The notes under the pieces were generated by a model. The model did not search any database. It had not been told where the DNA came from and saw nothing but the letters and a program-made list of their open reading frames with translations. 64,000 nucleotides of DNA from Rhodosorus marinus CCMP1338 (lineage: Eukaryota; Plantae; Rhodophyta), in the NCBI GenBank assembly GCA_029953675.1, contig JAMWBK010000008.1:1178001-1242000 (forward strand). The letters are read 5' to 3'. Within the stretch, counting starts at the first letter, position 1. Every line of letters starts with the position of its first letter. The position numbers and the translations under genes are program-made. Below are positions 44,650 to 58,660 of the stretch, piece after piece.

Positions 44650-45400
44650 CCCGCTCACCTTCGCCAACAGCTCACAGGATACAGGCTCCTAACATAGTGT
44701 TCCAGAACCATTTCAGCTAGGCCCCTGAGGGCTTCCTTCTGCGTAGCTCACGTCTTTTATGCAAAAATATTAATGCTAGTACAGTATTTGTATACGATAA
44801 TCTCGTCTTTTGGTGAGTGGAAAATAGTCCACAGCTTAAGGGGCCCTTGATACCCGAGGGTTTTGCCCGGTCCGATACAGTAGAAACTTGGAAGGTGACA
44901 CGATAGCTGGAATTCAGGAGTAAACCAGCTGTTGGAAGGACGGGGTGGGTGCAAACCTCATAGCCCTCTACGATATACAAAAATAAACAAATATCTTCAG
45001 ATGTTTGTGCCCAATATTTAGTTCAGCGGAATTCAATTTCAGGGGGTGCGGGAAACTTCCACCAGGACCCCCCAGATACGATGGACGGTGGATATACGGA
45101 AACTCAGCTAGAAACAAGGGACAGCTGGAAACTACGCCCTGGCAATCTCGACCCAATCTCTTCCGGGTTCAACTAATAGGAGATCGACGCGTGGTGTCCC
45201 AATGTGCTCTGATCGTAGGGGAAGCACTCTGATTTGCTAGAGCTATGTACTTCGGACCAATAGATTGATTGGCAGGGCTGACTCGCAGATACTCAAGCAG
45301 CACTTTGACGTGGGTGCTTAGACTATCCCAATTTTTTTCGATAAAGGAATGCGGCTTATCCCTAGCTAGCTCTAGAGTCATGATGTGTCACAATAACGTG
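44650..45400 (-). mobile_element. Possible decayed Gypsy integrase fragment
   Basis: One frame with scattered stops gives AHWDTTRR...RLGRDCQGVVSSCP (H2C2-like). Downstream traces are STVSDRAK and SPQGPS*NG. Confidence 0.3.
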
Positions 45401-46540
45401 AAGCCGCTGCCTTCCAGGTAATTTTGCAGCGGATTAGATTGGGAGAATTCTTAATCATTCATATTTCCACATGAATCGCAAGTGCTACTGAGCAGAGGGT
45501 GGTACGAATTAAAAGTACACTCTGATGAAGCATACCCGTCGCGCGGAAGGGCTCCGAAAGAGCTTTCCTTCAGAGGCACCAGCGATGGTAAATGGGTTTG
45601 GTGGACCAGTAAGGGGATGAGGACGGAGTCTAAATGGTGTTGTGCTGGTGCCAGCAATCTGAACCTTCCCCGCTCGATCGATCGTCGATCAGAGAATCTA
45701 TCTTAAACGAATCTGTGAATACCTGCGGTGGGCGGGCTTATTGACGGTGCTATATATGCCATACGGAGGTCCTACGGGGCTCTGAGCTCGGGAATGGTTG
45801 GACTGGGTTCGAAACCTCGGCGGTTTGAACGCGGCCGAATATATGCCGGAACTGTGTTTGAGGGCTGACAACCTCCAATGAACTCTTGCGTACCCGCGGA
45901 ATAGAGATGAGGCTTTCACGTCCAATCTTGAAGTTCTGGCTATCAGACTATGTACACCAGAAAATATGTAGTGATCAGTATTTTTTTTTGTCCTTGAGGC
46001 ATGGCTGACCTTGCCGCTTTTTGCAATGAGTTCGCTCGTCATGGTCGGGGTTAGCCAGTTGTAGAGAGCGCTGCAAAATCATTGATCATTTGGGAAGTGG
46101 ATTTCATCCACCGCCATCTGTGTGCACTATGATTCAGAATCGGCAGAAAAGAAAATCGCCAGAGCGAATGCATGGATACCGCGTTTAGCTAAAAGCTTCT
46201 ACGATGCTCAGGAAAACGAAGCTATGAATCCAAGACGTAGTCAAAACCTTCGACAAATCAGCCTCATCCAGGGGACGAATTTGATCTCAGCGTTTTCCGC
46301 AACAGCAGCAAACTACAATGGGAAAGCACTAGCCTTGGGCTTTCCCCACTGCAATTTTTGTGAGAAGTGACCTTGTCGACCGCGAGTCACCGCTACGTGC
46401 GCTATGGGTTACCTACGAATCATAGTCCACACCAGGATTTTGTTTGGGTATGAACCATATATCCGTGTGGCCTTGCTGACCTCCAGACTTTTCTTTACAA
46501 AGGCATACTTAGTATCGCTCGTGCGGATACTGCTCCTATA

Positions 46541-49131
46541 CTACATGTCCAGCTGGGACATAACCGGGTCAGCTCCAGCTCCCATGATCTCTTCCTCGTT
46601 AGCTGTGAGCCTCTCATACTCGAACGCCGCGAATCTATCCCAGTCGGTGTAATCCGGAAAGGCCCGTTCTGTTGCAATTCACAAAGCGGATTGAAGATCC
46701 TTCGCATGAGGAAGACCGTCATCTGGCACAGTGCGTGTTTCGATCGCAACTTACCCTGCTGAATCAATCTGGGATCTCGGCTCTCTATTTGGAAGAACTT
46801 GCCGAGGTTGAACAAATAATTAAAGAACACGCTCTGCATTTTACAGGCCCGCAGATCCTTCTTGCTTATGAGTGGTTTCTTTTCTTCAGGATGTTGAAGC
46901 ATATCCAAAAGTTGACATACAATATTTACAAAGGGTACAGGTTCGTGGCCGCGATCCTCCATGCGTGAGTACTGCTCGCGATAAAAGTACTCAATATCTG
47001 CCAAGGTGATCAAACCATCTCCGTCCAAGTCAATGCACCTGCAGCGAGGAAACGTAGAGAAAACCAGTCAAAAGAAGTTGGCAATCCGTGTAGATTCATG
47101 ACTTTCATCACCTGAACCAAAAATCAAGGGCCCTTGGGCTTTTCTTGTCTTCCTCCGAAATACAGAACCAAACAAAGTCTGTGTAGCTCATCCTGTACTT
47201 CACCGGTGAGTCATTTTCCCTACCAAAGCCCCCCAAAATTCTCTCGGCAATTCGAACTGTGAGAGCCCCGTTCCCATACCTAGAAAGTGCAACAGCATCG
47301 AAGAGATTCGGGATTAGTGGATGCCTTTGCCCTACAGTACTCCAGAAACTTAACCCATCGGGCTTACCTCATTAAATCCTCAAGTCCAATCGAGAGGTCG
47401 TGGTCCGTGTCCAACTCCCAAAACCGACAATAGAGAACGTAAAAATGCTTGTACGAGAAATACTTTCTTTCCACGTTGATATCCTCTTCTTGGTCTAGCC
47501 AAAGAAGGGAGTCCAGGAGCCTTGATTTCTCAATATCGCCGAGATAAAGACACCGAGTGTTGTGCCTCGCACAACTGTAAAATATCCTCTCAATGACTGT
47601 CTCTGAGTATCTGACTTGAAACTCCGGCGTGCCACTTAAAAAAACGAGCCCTGGGTGGCACTCAAGCAACCCTTCCATCAGTGGTCGCAAGGATTCCCTG
47701 GATAAATAGCTAGTAGTTTGCAGCAGCAATTGCAAAACGCCTTTTAGAGAATGGACTTTCAGGAGACCCCCGGGCATGCTCAGGGGGGACATGGGCCGAG
47801 AGCATATACACATGCTCTTCCTGTAAGCCATGCTTAACGCAGCCTATTCATGTGCGGAAATGTGTGTAAAGTCACAGAGAGAGTGTTTCCGGGGGTACTC
47901 ACTTTTCCACTCTGCAGTGTTTTAACAGGTAAAACAGCCTCGCAGGATTAGACTTTCCCAAACAGAGCTCCTTGAAGAACTTCATGAAAGCTCCCAACGA
48001 AACCACGGCGCCAGTATGCCCCTCCGTCGATCCGTTAACATTTAACGTCCCTGTCGTGGGTGAAAAAAGAGGTACTCAAGTTAGAGACCTTACATGCGCA
48101 TTGTACAGTGTTAGGCCATCCCCAAAGCAAAGGTTCCTATGCACCACGTTTTATCCTTTGTCTTGGCTCGCTCCCTAAAGCAAGTCGAAATTCACGACAC
48201 TGCACTCGCACCTTTCTCCTCGGGACTCAGTTCCAAAATCCGATCGAACACACATGTTGTGAGGAACGATGGCAATCCCAGGCTCTGAACCATAATGCTG
48301 GAAAGCACCTGCTTGCTAACCCCGCGAATTCCATTCTGCTCTGCTTTCCGAAGTACTGCTACTCGGACGTCGGCTAGCTCGCGCTCGTCGTACTCGTGGG
48401 GGCTAATGCGCCCTTTAGCAAAGTAAAACCGAGCAATGCTTGGCTTTTCAGCGTGTGGTTCGGTTGCTGTGCTGCTGAAGCTTGTCCTCCTGGAGAGACT
48501 GGATCTCCTATCCAAGCGACAACGAGTTTCCAATAACAGTGAGAAGCTGTCTCAGCCAGCCTCTTTCGCAGGTTTGACTTTTAAGGTAGAAGGCGGACTA
48601 TTCACGAGTTTCATGGCAGGCTTACAAGCTGCTGAGATTCCGGAGGGAACTGTCCGCGTGGCTGGACTCCTGATCTTTATCAAGAAATCCGAGAGGACTC
48701 AGGCGCCCACCAAGGAGGAGATCTTCTCGTGGCCTTCCAGACCGTGGAACCGGTGAAGGGGGAAATGTAGCATTCACCCTTATTAAATGCGACACTGGTG
48801 ACTTTGGAGCACCTATTCGCGTCCTTGAATCCTGAGGGATCGAAGATCTTCCCGGCATCTGTACTTCTTTCTGAGACTGTAAATCAGAGATCAGCCCTCG
48901 AATTGTCTCGGATGAACTCGGCTGGCACAACCAAGTGAAAAATAGTTCCTGCAACTTCCCTTTTGGCAGAGGTGCGATGTCAGGTTTCGGCTGGACGCTT
49001 CCTAGCTTAAGGCTCATTTTTAAACGCTTTGACGAGGAAGGCTTCAGAAAATCGTCCATTTCGTCATATTCTGCCGTAGCGTCTTGGCTGAATATCAAAT
49101 CATTCAGCCGAAATCGATCTGCGTCCGCCAT
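46541..49131 (-). CDS. PPP2R3: PP2A regulatory subunit B'' (PR72/PR130-type, EF-hand), multi-exon
   Basis: LFFTWL, IARFYF, HPGLVFLSGTPEFQVRYSETVIERIFY, EEDIN...YFSYKHFYVLYCRFWELDTDHD, MSYTDFVWF..SEEDK, FWFRCIDLDGDGLI and TDWDRFAAFEYERL. Confidence 0.94.
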
Positions 49132-50479
49132 GCTCTCTCCTTCCGCTTGTCAACTGTCGACGCTAGGAAACAACGGAGGCCAATTGGCCCCACGATTCTT
49201 CGTGAAAGGCCTTATTTTCCCGGACTAATCAACCCCAACTATCCCTTACGCTCGGACAAATACCGGGTCACTCCCATAGGAGCTCTCTACTGTTAGTTTC
49301 ACCGCAATCCAAGCCCACTCACCATTTCCATTTTCTCTTCTTGCCGAAACGTCGCTCGCCGGCCTACCAAAGAAGGCTCCTCCAGACCCCACAGGCCAGA
49401 TTGCCGTGGTCAATATCCATGTACGCCTCACAACTGCTCAAAGCCCTCGACTCGATTCGCACCGGGCGTTCTTCGCGCAGCTAATCGCTGAAGAGGACGG
49501 CTCTCCGATGCCCTTCAAATGTCCTTCCAACCGCTCGAGTTCCACACTCCCCACAAGGACTTGCTATTACAAATCGCCCGGAATGATATCGAACCTGACG
49601 AGTGCCACTTCGTATGAGCAAAATAGCCCCCAAATAAAAGACAAAATGGAATCATTTTTGTTGCTTCTGGACATTATGTAATGCCCTTTTTGGAAGCCAG
49701 CCTCGTTCCATTAGGAGCTTTCTTTAATTTGCGTAGATGTGACCGGCCATTTGATGATCCGTTTATTTCCTGCAAGATCATCAGTTTCGATCGCTTTGCG
49801 GGGATGGGGTTGCCGAGGAATGCCATTCCTGTTTCGTTGATTTGAGTCTAGACTGCAAATTCCCAGAGGTCGACGTGTTAGTGAGGCCGTGTTTCTTTCC
49901 GTTGCGGTTTCAGCAAGGATGGTCCATATTAACGACATGGAAAGCGCGGAGACCCAGCGATTCACTACCAACAATGATTGTTTCGAGCGTTAGGCATCGG
50001 GAGTTGAGCTGACTTTCACATTTTCCTCCGGCAGATCTCGTAGCAATCTGTTAACTGATTTCTCTTGTGATTGCCCCTTTTTATTCCGGTCCTTGCGGAG
50101 TACATCTAGGCGTACAGGCTGATTTTCCATTGGATTAAACGATTGCACGGAGGATTAGCTATTAGCGTGCCCGTATTCTTAGATGTGCCGAGTGGGGCGA
50201 AAGAACGTCATCTGAACAGAAACTTTTGAAGTTCCACGCTTTGTACGTCAAGTTCATACACATCTCATCAGCGTCTATTCAGCGAGCAGGTGATACCTTC
50301 AAACTTCTACTTTTCAATCTCCACAACTTGACCACAAACACGTGACATAGTTTTCTTCATATCCTTATGATGTCTTGCATACATCGAGCTTTAAGTGTGA
50401 CACCGTCGTCTTCTGGAAAGGAAACGTGACTACCTTTATGAGACACCATCTGCCGCACGAGTACAAACAGTTATGAGTG

Positions 50480-51250
50480 CTGGCCCCATTTACGTTGAGG
50501 TATAATCATAACCTACCATGACGCAGAGGGAGTTCCCATAGACTTACGCTCCACCAACACAGCGCGGACTACACTGTGTCTGTCCAGCAACCTTTCGTCA
50601 TAAGTGCGCCATCGACGTCCAGCTTACAGGGACTTCGTACTGGGACGTGACTACTCGCGAGATCCACTTTGCCTGCCCCAGCAGGCAGGCAATAAAAGTG
50701 GCTAAGGAGTTTTCATGAATCTCATGTGTGAGAGTTTGTTCATTGATTTAATATCATTTTTCACAACTAGGTCCAGTTGGTGCGCAAGACAGCACAGTCG
50801 ACAGAACATATATTTGTATTCCTGCCTCACAAGCATCCGCCTGGTTGAAAATCCACTTTTGATGCTCGGCCATGGTTTGAACTCCGTCCGTGGTTGATCC
50901 TATGACTTTCATCAGCTGTATAGCGCTTCCATTGCTGTGTTAGCAAGGAACTCTGCATTGAGCTCGCGATCGAACGGCGGAGTAGTGAGCACATGGAGCC
51001 ATGCAACTGTCTCTGCTAGGTTCGCTGGTGCAAACTGGATGCGGACATCCAAATGGCTGTTTCCGTAATCAGCACAACCGAAGCCGCGAGGAAGGCCCCG
51101 ATTGACTCCAGAAGTTCCAGTAGCATCTGAGCTTTTCCTCGCTCAGATTAACATGGGCAAAACCAGTGCTTTGGAGTTGGCCCGTTTACTAGGAGTCTTG
51201 GTCTTGGCCTGGTGGGCTTCACGAAGGAAGTTTTGCTCTGTTTTCAATTT
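50480..51250 (-). mobile_element. Decayed hAT-like DNA transposase
   Basis: Ordered motifs across frameshifts: GNSHLDVRIQF, HVLTTPPFDR, VIGSTTDG..TM, RLCCLAHQLDLVVK (CxxH), SWTSM and PSASW*V. They match the S.LDVR / TDG..M / WC..HQLDL pattern I recall for red-algal and oomycete hAT-like transposases. Confidence 0.65.
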
Positions 51251-52189
51251 TTCCGGCAAAGACTATTTTGTTTTTAGAAAGAAAACCCAGCGCATTGTTT
51301 AACTCAGAGCCGATTTTGTGTCTCGGTGTCTTGCAAATAGCTCGTGATTGGCCTTATTCCACCCGATTAAACCAGCATGCGTTTGAACATGAACATTGAC
51401 GATGTCGATCTCATTTGCTTCCTGAGGCGCCCATGTTTTCGCGCTCGTGGGGTTTCAGACCAAGAGCCACGCGAGCCTCGTCGTGGGCAATAATTGTGAG
51501 ATGTGAAACCCATAGCATGTTCATACAGAAGCCTGAGATGCATGGACACTAAAAGAGTGGGAAACTTATTGCCTCTGAAACTGTACCGCCTGCCTCTCAG
51601 TGCGAGAATACGAGGCGGCGTAAGAGGGCACAAGTTTCCACTTGTCACGGTGCTCCCCATGGATTAAAAAGTTCATTCCGTAGCAGAAAAGCTAGCCTAT
51701 GTGGTTTTTTATCCACGCGCCGGCGCCCTAGTAAATGAAATGGGTAGTACTACCGCATGGAAGTATGCTGTTGCGCTAGTTCTACGCCAGTTCCCACCGC
51801 GAGAAAAGCGAGAACAATATATTGGAACAGAAAATTACTTGCTCTGGGCTGTCTTTGCATAGTCGCAGACGCTGCTAAACATTAGCCCACCTAGGGGCCT
51901 ATTCTTGTCCACGGTCTACTTGCTGCTCAGCATATGGCGCAGGATACACTTGACCGTTTATAGGGCTTTTCAGGTTGAAGTCAACACACATCTTTGTCAA
52001 GGCTGAACGGGGTTGTACGATCACCATAGATACATTTATTTACAACAATGGCCCATTTGAACTCCATTGAACTCGCCGCGTATGAAGATTGGAATCTACA
52101 CGTTGCCTGACAGACAAAGTGGTGACATACCAAACAAACAAAGACGTCTATAGAAAAGACATGATCAAAAGCATCGCCGCTCGTCAATT

Positions 52190-54832
52190 TTAGAGCCCGT
52201 TTGATTGAGAAGCACCGCTACCTCGCGCACTTGAAGCCGAGCCGGGCCATTTCTCCTGAAGAGTTCCTGCAGAACTCTGGATGGATTCGGCCCCTTCAGA
52301 CCTCTTCATGACGCTCCGATTTTCAGCTGGAGCAGCAAAGATCGTCGGGAGTAGGTCTTCATCGTTGGTAGTTTCTTCTTTCTGCGCCTTCGAGAGGTCA
52401 GTCTTTGAGCTCAATCTCTCTGCCGCAGCTTTCTTCATCACTTTCTTCTCTAAAGCCCCTTCCTTCCCAGAGGGAGCAAGTTTCTTCTTGATGTGGCTCT
52501 TCGTCCCAAGTGCTGCCGAGAACTTTTTCGTTTGGGGTTGCTTTCGCTTGTTGGGTTGCCCTTCAGTAGTAACATCAACGTTCCTGGGGACATCAATGCT
52601 TGCTCCTGCGGTCGGGGGAGACCCAACTTGTTCTTTCTTATCGCTGGAGTCCGACATTCCAGGGCCAGTGGTGGATTCACGAGCGTTGGAGGTCTTGCTC
52701 GATGTAGATCCGAATTTGAGCTTTTGCTGAACAAGCACTCCCTTACTAGCGAGGGCAGAAAAATCAACGTCCGCTAAGGGCTTGCAATTCGACCCATTCT
52801 TGTTCACCACAGCTTTTTCAGCCCCCACTCTCTCTCCACGCGCTTTGATCTTCTTTAAGGATAAGCTCGTCTTTGCAATTCTCTGAGCAACCTTCTTCAC
52901 CTTCTTTGGTGCCCCACCCAAACTTGCGTCCGTCTCTGTCGATTGACGCTCGATCCGTTCCGTAGTTTGCTTGCTCTTCTTCGAAGTGTCCGCGCCAGCT
53001 TGTGCTGTTCGCTTTCCAGCCTTCTTCACTTTCTTCTGGCCGTTTGAACCCGGTTTAATCTCGGGCTTGTGACGCTTTTTAGGCTGCACGCTGAGCTCCC
53101 CTGGCTCTTGCGCAACGCGTTTTAACTTCGAGCTCTGTGCAAGTGCAAAACTTGCAGCTTCACCAGGCCGCTCTCCAGAGTCCGTACCTGTGCCTTCAAT
53201 CCCGAGAACGGATGCTCCACGATTCTCTGTCAATGGCATCGTACGGGAGAGGGTTTGTCCAGTCTTCTCGGGTTTTTTCTTCTTATCCGCGACTTCCGGA
53301 GATGCAGAACCGGGTTGGAGCTTCTTTTTGACCTCTGCTCCTGTTTTATTCTTGTTGGTCTTCGCCTTATTGTCCCCGACCTTGACAATCATCTCCGACT
53401 TGCTTTTGACAATGGAAGCCTTCTGTAGCCCGTGTCCTTGTAGCGAGGTGCTAGCTTTGACTTTGGCCTTTTTGGCGATTGTCTTCTGTTGCCCAGCTTT
53501 CGCACTTTTGTCTTTTGGCTTCTTCGGCTTTGCAACCCCACAAACTTTCGGCGCAGAGTTCTCACTTTCAACAGCAATTGCGGTAGCACTTTGGCTACTA
53601 TATCCTTTGTCCTTTGTGGCGGTAAGCTGAGCAGCGGAGTTAGTCGCAGTGGATCCATGCGTGGCTTTGGCTTCTTCCTCCAATTTCCCCTTCTTGGGAG
53701 CTGATTTCTTCGGCTTCTCAGCAGCAAGCTTTGCTTTCTCCTGGGCCGCCAACAATCTCTGCGCCATTTTTTCCTTGTGCTTAGTTAGCTCTTCCTCTCT
53801 TTTTCGCTTTCTATCTTCCTTTTCAAGGTCTTTCTTTCTTTGCCTCTCAGCACAAACCACAGCCTCAACGCGACGCCAGGCTTCACCGAGCGCTTTCTCA
53901 TTCATTTTGAAGTCTCCGAAGCAGCGCTTCTTAAGTTCCGTCAGCCACGTCGGCATTTCTTTCGATGCCTTCTTCGGTCGCTGTGCAAGCTGATTTCTAT
54001 TGTACAGATGGTCAATCCGTGCGCTGAGAACATCGTGTATAAGGGTGTCCATGTGCTTGTCGAGCACAAGCTCCAATCTAGTCTCGGGGGTCTTGGATGA
54101 AGTGTTCTCTCCAGGTTCCTCCGGTTTCGCATCTGGCTCAGCAGGTGCTTGTTTCTTCAGATCCGCGACCGCATCGGAAAGCCTCTGCATAGCGGATTCT
54201 ATGTTTTCTGCAGAGATCTCCTTTTTGTCGGTCCAGTGCAGCGTAAACCCCAGCGACTCCAGGTTTAACCTCAAGCAGCGAAGCAAGGTGGAGAGCTCCT
54301 TCCACAGAGCATTGTCGAGAACAAGCCTTTTCTCGGATCCAGGTTTTCTTCCCTCCAACTTGGCAAGCTCGTTTGCACGTGCTGTCTTGAAGAGTCTTCG
54401 AAGTGCTCCTTGAACTTCTGGATCGTTCAGGTTAGGTTTCCTACTCCCGAACAGAGTTTCCACCTTTTCCTTAAGCGCCTGAACAGAAGCGGCTACTTCG
54501 TCCGGCAGGACTTTTCGCTCTGTGTTCGCTGCATCCGAAGAGCGATCCTTCTTCGTATACTCCGCAGGGGTTGGCTTCATTCGGGTTTTCGATGTTACCT
54601 TAGGCACGCTCTTGCCAGTTTTCAGTTCTCCTCTATTTATGTAGAAGCCCGTGTATTTGGTGGTGGGCACGTTCCTCTGGAATTCGTACAAAAGATCGTC
54701 ATCATCAATGAACATATCATCGTAGTCATACTCGTCCACTAATGTTCTCTTGGCCTGAGAAGAGTTCTTCCTCTCGCTCTCCCTTGAATTCTCAGCAGAC
54801 TGGAGTGACCTGTTGTCCTCATCCACCCGCAT
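52190..54832 (-). CDS. UBN: Ubinuclein/HPC2-like HIRA-complex subunit (HUN domain), intronless, Lys-rich
   Basis: EYDYDDMFIDDDDL...GFYINRGEL is the HUN/HRD motif near the N-terminus, followed by a coiled coil and a long basic low-complexity tail. Confidence 0.85.
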   Translation of the reverse strand: MRVDEDNRSLQSAENSRESERKNSSQAKRTLVDEYDYDDMFIDDDDLLYEFQRNVPTTKYTGFYINRGELKTGKSVPKVTSKTRMKPTPAEYTKKDRSSDAANTERKVLPDEVAASVQALKEKVETLFGSRKPNLNDPEVQGALRRLFKTARANELAKLEGRKPGSEKRLVLDNALWKELSTLLRCLRLNLESLGFTLHWTDKKEISAENIESAMQRLSDAVADLKKQAPAEPDAKPEEPGENTSSKTPETRLELVLDKHMDTLIHDVLSARIDHLYNRNQLAQRPKKASKEMPTWLTELKKRCFGDFKMNEKALGEAWRRVEAVVCAERQRKKDLEKEDRKRKREEELTKHKEKMAQRLLAAQEKAKLAAEKPKKSAPKKGKLEEEAKATHGSTATNSAAQLTATKDKGYSSQSATAIAVESENSAPKVCGVAKPKKPKDKSAKAGQQKTIAKKAKVKASTSLQGHGLQKASIVKSKSEMIVKVGDNKAKTNKNKTGAEVKKKLQPGSASPEVADKKKKPEKTGQTLSRTMPLTENRGASVLGIEGTGTDSGERPGEAASFALAQSSKLKRVAQEPGELSVQPKKRHKPEIKPGSNGQKKVKKAGKRTAQAGADTSKKSKQTTERIERQSTETDASLGGAPKKVKKVAQRIAKTSLSLKKIKARGERVGAEKAVVNKNGSNCKPLADVDFSALASKGVLVQQKLKFGSTSSKTSNARESTTGPGMSDSSDKKEQVGSPPTAGASIDVPRNVDVTTEGQPNKRKQPQTKKFSAALGTKSHIKKKLAPSGKEGALEKKVMKKAAAERLSSKTDLSKAQKEETTNDEDLLPTIFAAPAENRSVMKRSEGAESIQSSAGTLQEKWPGSASSARGSGASQSNGL

Positions 54833-55429
54833 TTTGACTTCATCATCATCCTGTCCTTTCGCGTCAGAGGGCTGTGGGTCAACCTCGCTACCTTTTAGTC
54901 GCCCAAGAACCTTCCGAAAGTTTATCTACAACCAATTGGGAACGTATATTCGCCTTTAGTTGTAAACCGCAGTTGGGAGGTTTCGGATAGCAGTCAACGA
55001 AAGTTCCATGTTTCAGCCTAACTCACCTCATTCTCCCCATCGGGACTTAATCGAAGAACTGCACCGGACTCCATTACGTTTGGGACAACTCCCTCAAGCA
55101 CGGCACCTACCTCCTCACCGCAAACTTTCAGCTGATGGCTCCAAGGCTTGAAGGTAAATGCATCTATAATATAGCTTAATCTTGACACATCCTAATCGCC
55201 ATGGTGTCCTTGCAAAGTGGAGGCTACGTACCCTGGCCCTATGAACTTAACCACGCCAAGCATAGCTCGCCGCGCCTACTATCACCTTCGAACGATTTCC
55301 TCAAGTAATGAGCAGAACTTGCATTCTTCAACCCCATCCTCAAGGAGGTACTCCGAATGTGAAAGAGCTCGTAACTCGAGCAAAAGATGATCCTTCGCGA
55401 TAAAAAATTTCAATCAGAACTCAAATTTG

Positions 55430-55700
55430 GTTTGCAAGAGCATCAGGAAGGTTAGCGAACGTGTTGACGAGCTTGTGTGTTTCACAGTTCGCGTCCGTCA
55501 GCTGTGTCAGATGCTTAGATGGGGCCCCGATTACTCTAGTACGACTGCCGCATTTGAACGTGCTGGCTCAAACCTTTGGTATTCGTCCTGGGACCTATCC
55601 CAGGACTCATGTCGGGCGTGCTCACGTCCAACTCGGAATGAGAACCTTGGTCCAGCGCTTCACGCAGGATGTCTTCTCGTGCAGCGCTTAAGCACACCGA
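55430..55700 (+). mobile_element. Possible integrase-core relic
   Basis: LDGAP...LAQTFGIRPGTYPRTHVGRA...RTLVQ resembles DNG..F.....+GI.H..T..Y.P..NG..ER..TL. This is weak evidence. Confidence 0.22.
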
Positions 55701-56351
55701 AAAAAAGAGGACTGCCTTTGTTCTGTCAACGCCCGCCCGTTCCTCACCCCATGTCCCAAAATTATCAGCCAGGGAAATCAAGTTCGATTGCGAGAGGGCT
55801 GTGGTTGGCGATATGGGCATATGGAATGTTCTACTGGCCTTGTAGTCCTGAATTCGCCGAAGACCACGAGGCCAGTGCTCTTATTAGCTTTGGAGAGTTC
55901 TAATGCTTCAGTAAACTCTTGCTTTCTGGTGAGCTCGGACTCAATCTGTGCGCTCTTCTACAGAGCTCCAATAGTATGAAATATGGAATGCAGGCATGAA
56001 ACCTCGGCGTTGGGGTTACTTTGCAACAGGGCTAGTCTGACAAACAAACATCTGCAGTTTTGCTTGCCTTCTCGACGAGCCTGGCAGAGTCCTCATAACG
56101 TTTTTAGGTGAAACGGGACAAAACATAAAACTCTTGTCCGCGGAGAATTGTTGCAATGGCAGGCTAAACGTCAAAGCATGGTATAGTTAGCTCAAAATGG
56201 GGCGTTCCCGCTGGACTGCATTGCCGATTCTTCAATGTTCTTAGACAAGCTATTGATCCCCTTTCTATTCTACGTTGGGCGTTCCAGTCAGTTTCCATCA
56301 CTCGTGCTCTGATTAAGGCGCACCAAACGCAACAACTTCGTGCTCCGAACT

Positions 56352-57763
<1,412 letters not shown>

Positions 57764-58660
57764 GCCTTCAAATGCTTACGAGCATAAAAACCAAGTTTTC
57801 TTGCCAATCTTGTACACGAACTGCAAAACCAACAACCGAGCGCATTAGCATCAAGGTACTTTGAGCGTTAAGACTTCAGGCCATGATACGCATTAGTTCG
57901 TTCCCTTTTAAGCCAGACTACATCTCCACTCTGAGAATCTTCCAGGCGCCCACCGCATCATCACCACCAAAGCACGGACACCTTCCAGCCACTACCTTGC
58001 TAATTATCTACAACAGGTTCTCTCAGAAGCGGAATGGTTGGCGGAGTTACAAAAAAAAAAAGCTCACCTCGCGGGTTAGGTTTTCCTAGGGGCTGTGGTT
58101 GCTGTAATTGGGGGTGGACTTTTCGATCCCGCGCTCAGCATATTTGACACTTTCCACTTCATGGCAGAGCTGAGGGTAGCATTTTCTGTTCTGATTTTCT
58201 AGCGAATTGGGTATTGCTTGATATGGGATGCTTGAGGTGCCTTGCATCACAAGAAATTGTAGACCTTCTAGACTTCCAAGTGGGCAGGACGTGCGTGCGA
58301 CACGAGATCATGAGACTGAGACATTCAATGCATTCGCGCTCACTTTCTAGTGTGTTTCCAGCTGATGTAGTTTCGCAGATTGCGTCAACGGGTTCCGTTT
58401 CTCTTATGCTGCGGGTGGAGGAGGAGGGCCCGATTCACGTGGATGCTTCAGTTGCTGGGGTTTTGTACGTCAGGTAGAGAAGTGCACCTTACGATCGCGA
58501 ACATCCCGCGAACTTCAAAGGTTTAATCTGGTCCTTTTGGCTCGTTGGCCACCTACAGAAGGAATCATCTCAATGAGGCCGAACGCGGATGATCTAGTTC
58601 CTTCAGGCTTGTGAAAGCACGCTCTCCGCTAAAACAAAAGCAGCTCCGTTCGCATGCATG

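Noticed and set aside
3951-49131. PP2A A and B'' subunit genes in the same window as a possible functional cluster
   Set aside because: They are 40 kb and many unrelated genes apart, which is compatible with chance in a gene-dense genome.
52281-54742. Many long plus-strand ORFs within the ubinuclein gene
   Set aside because: These are antisense frames kept open by the low-complexity Lys/Glu/Ala codons.
58214-58600. IHVDASVAGVL, resembling a retroelement RNase H 'DAS' motif
   Set aside because: It is a single short motif without supporting neighbours.
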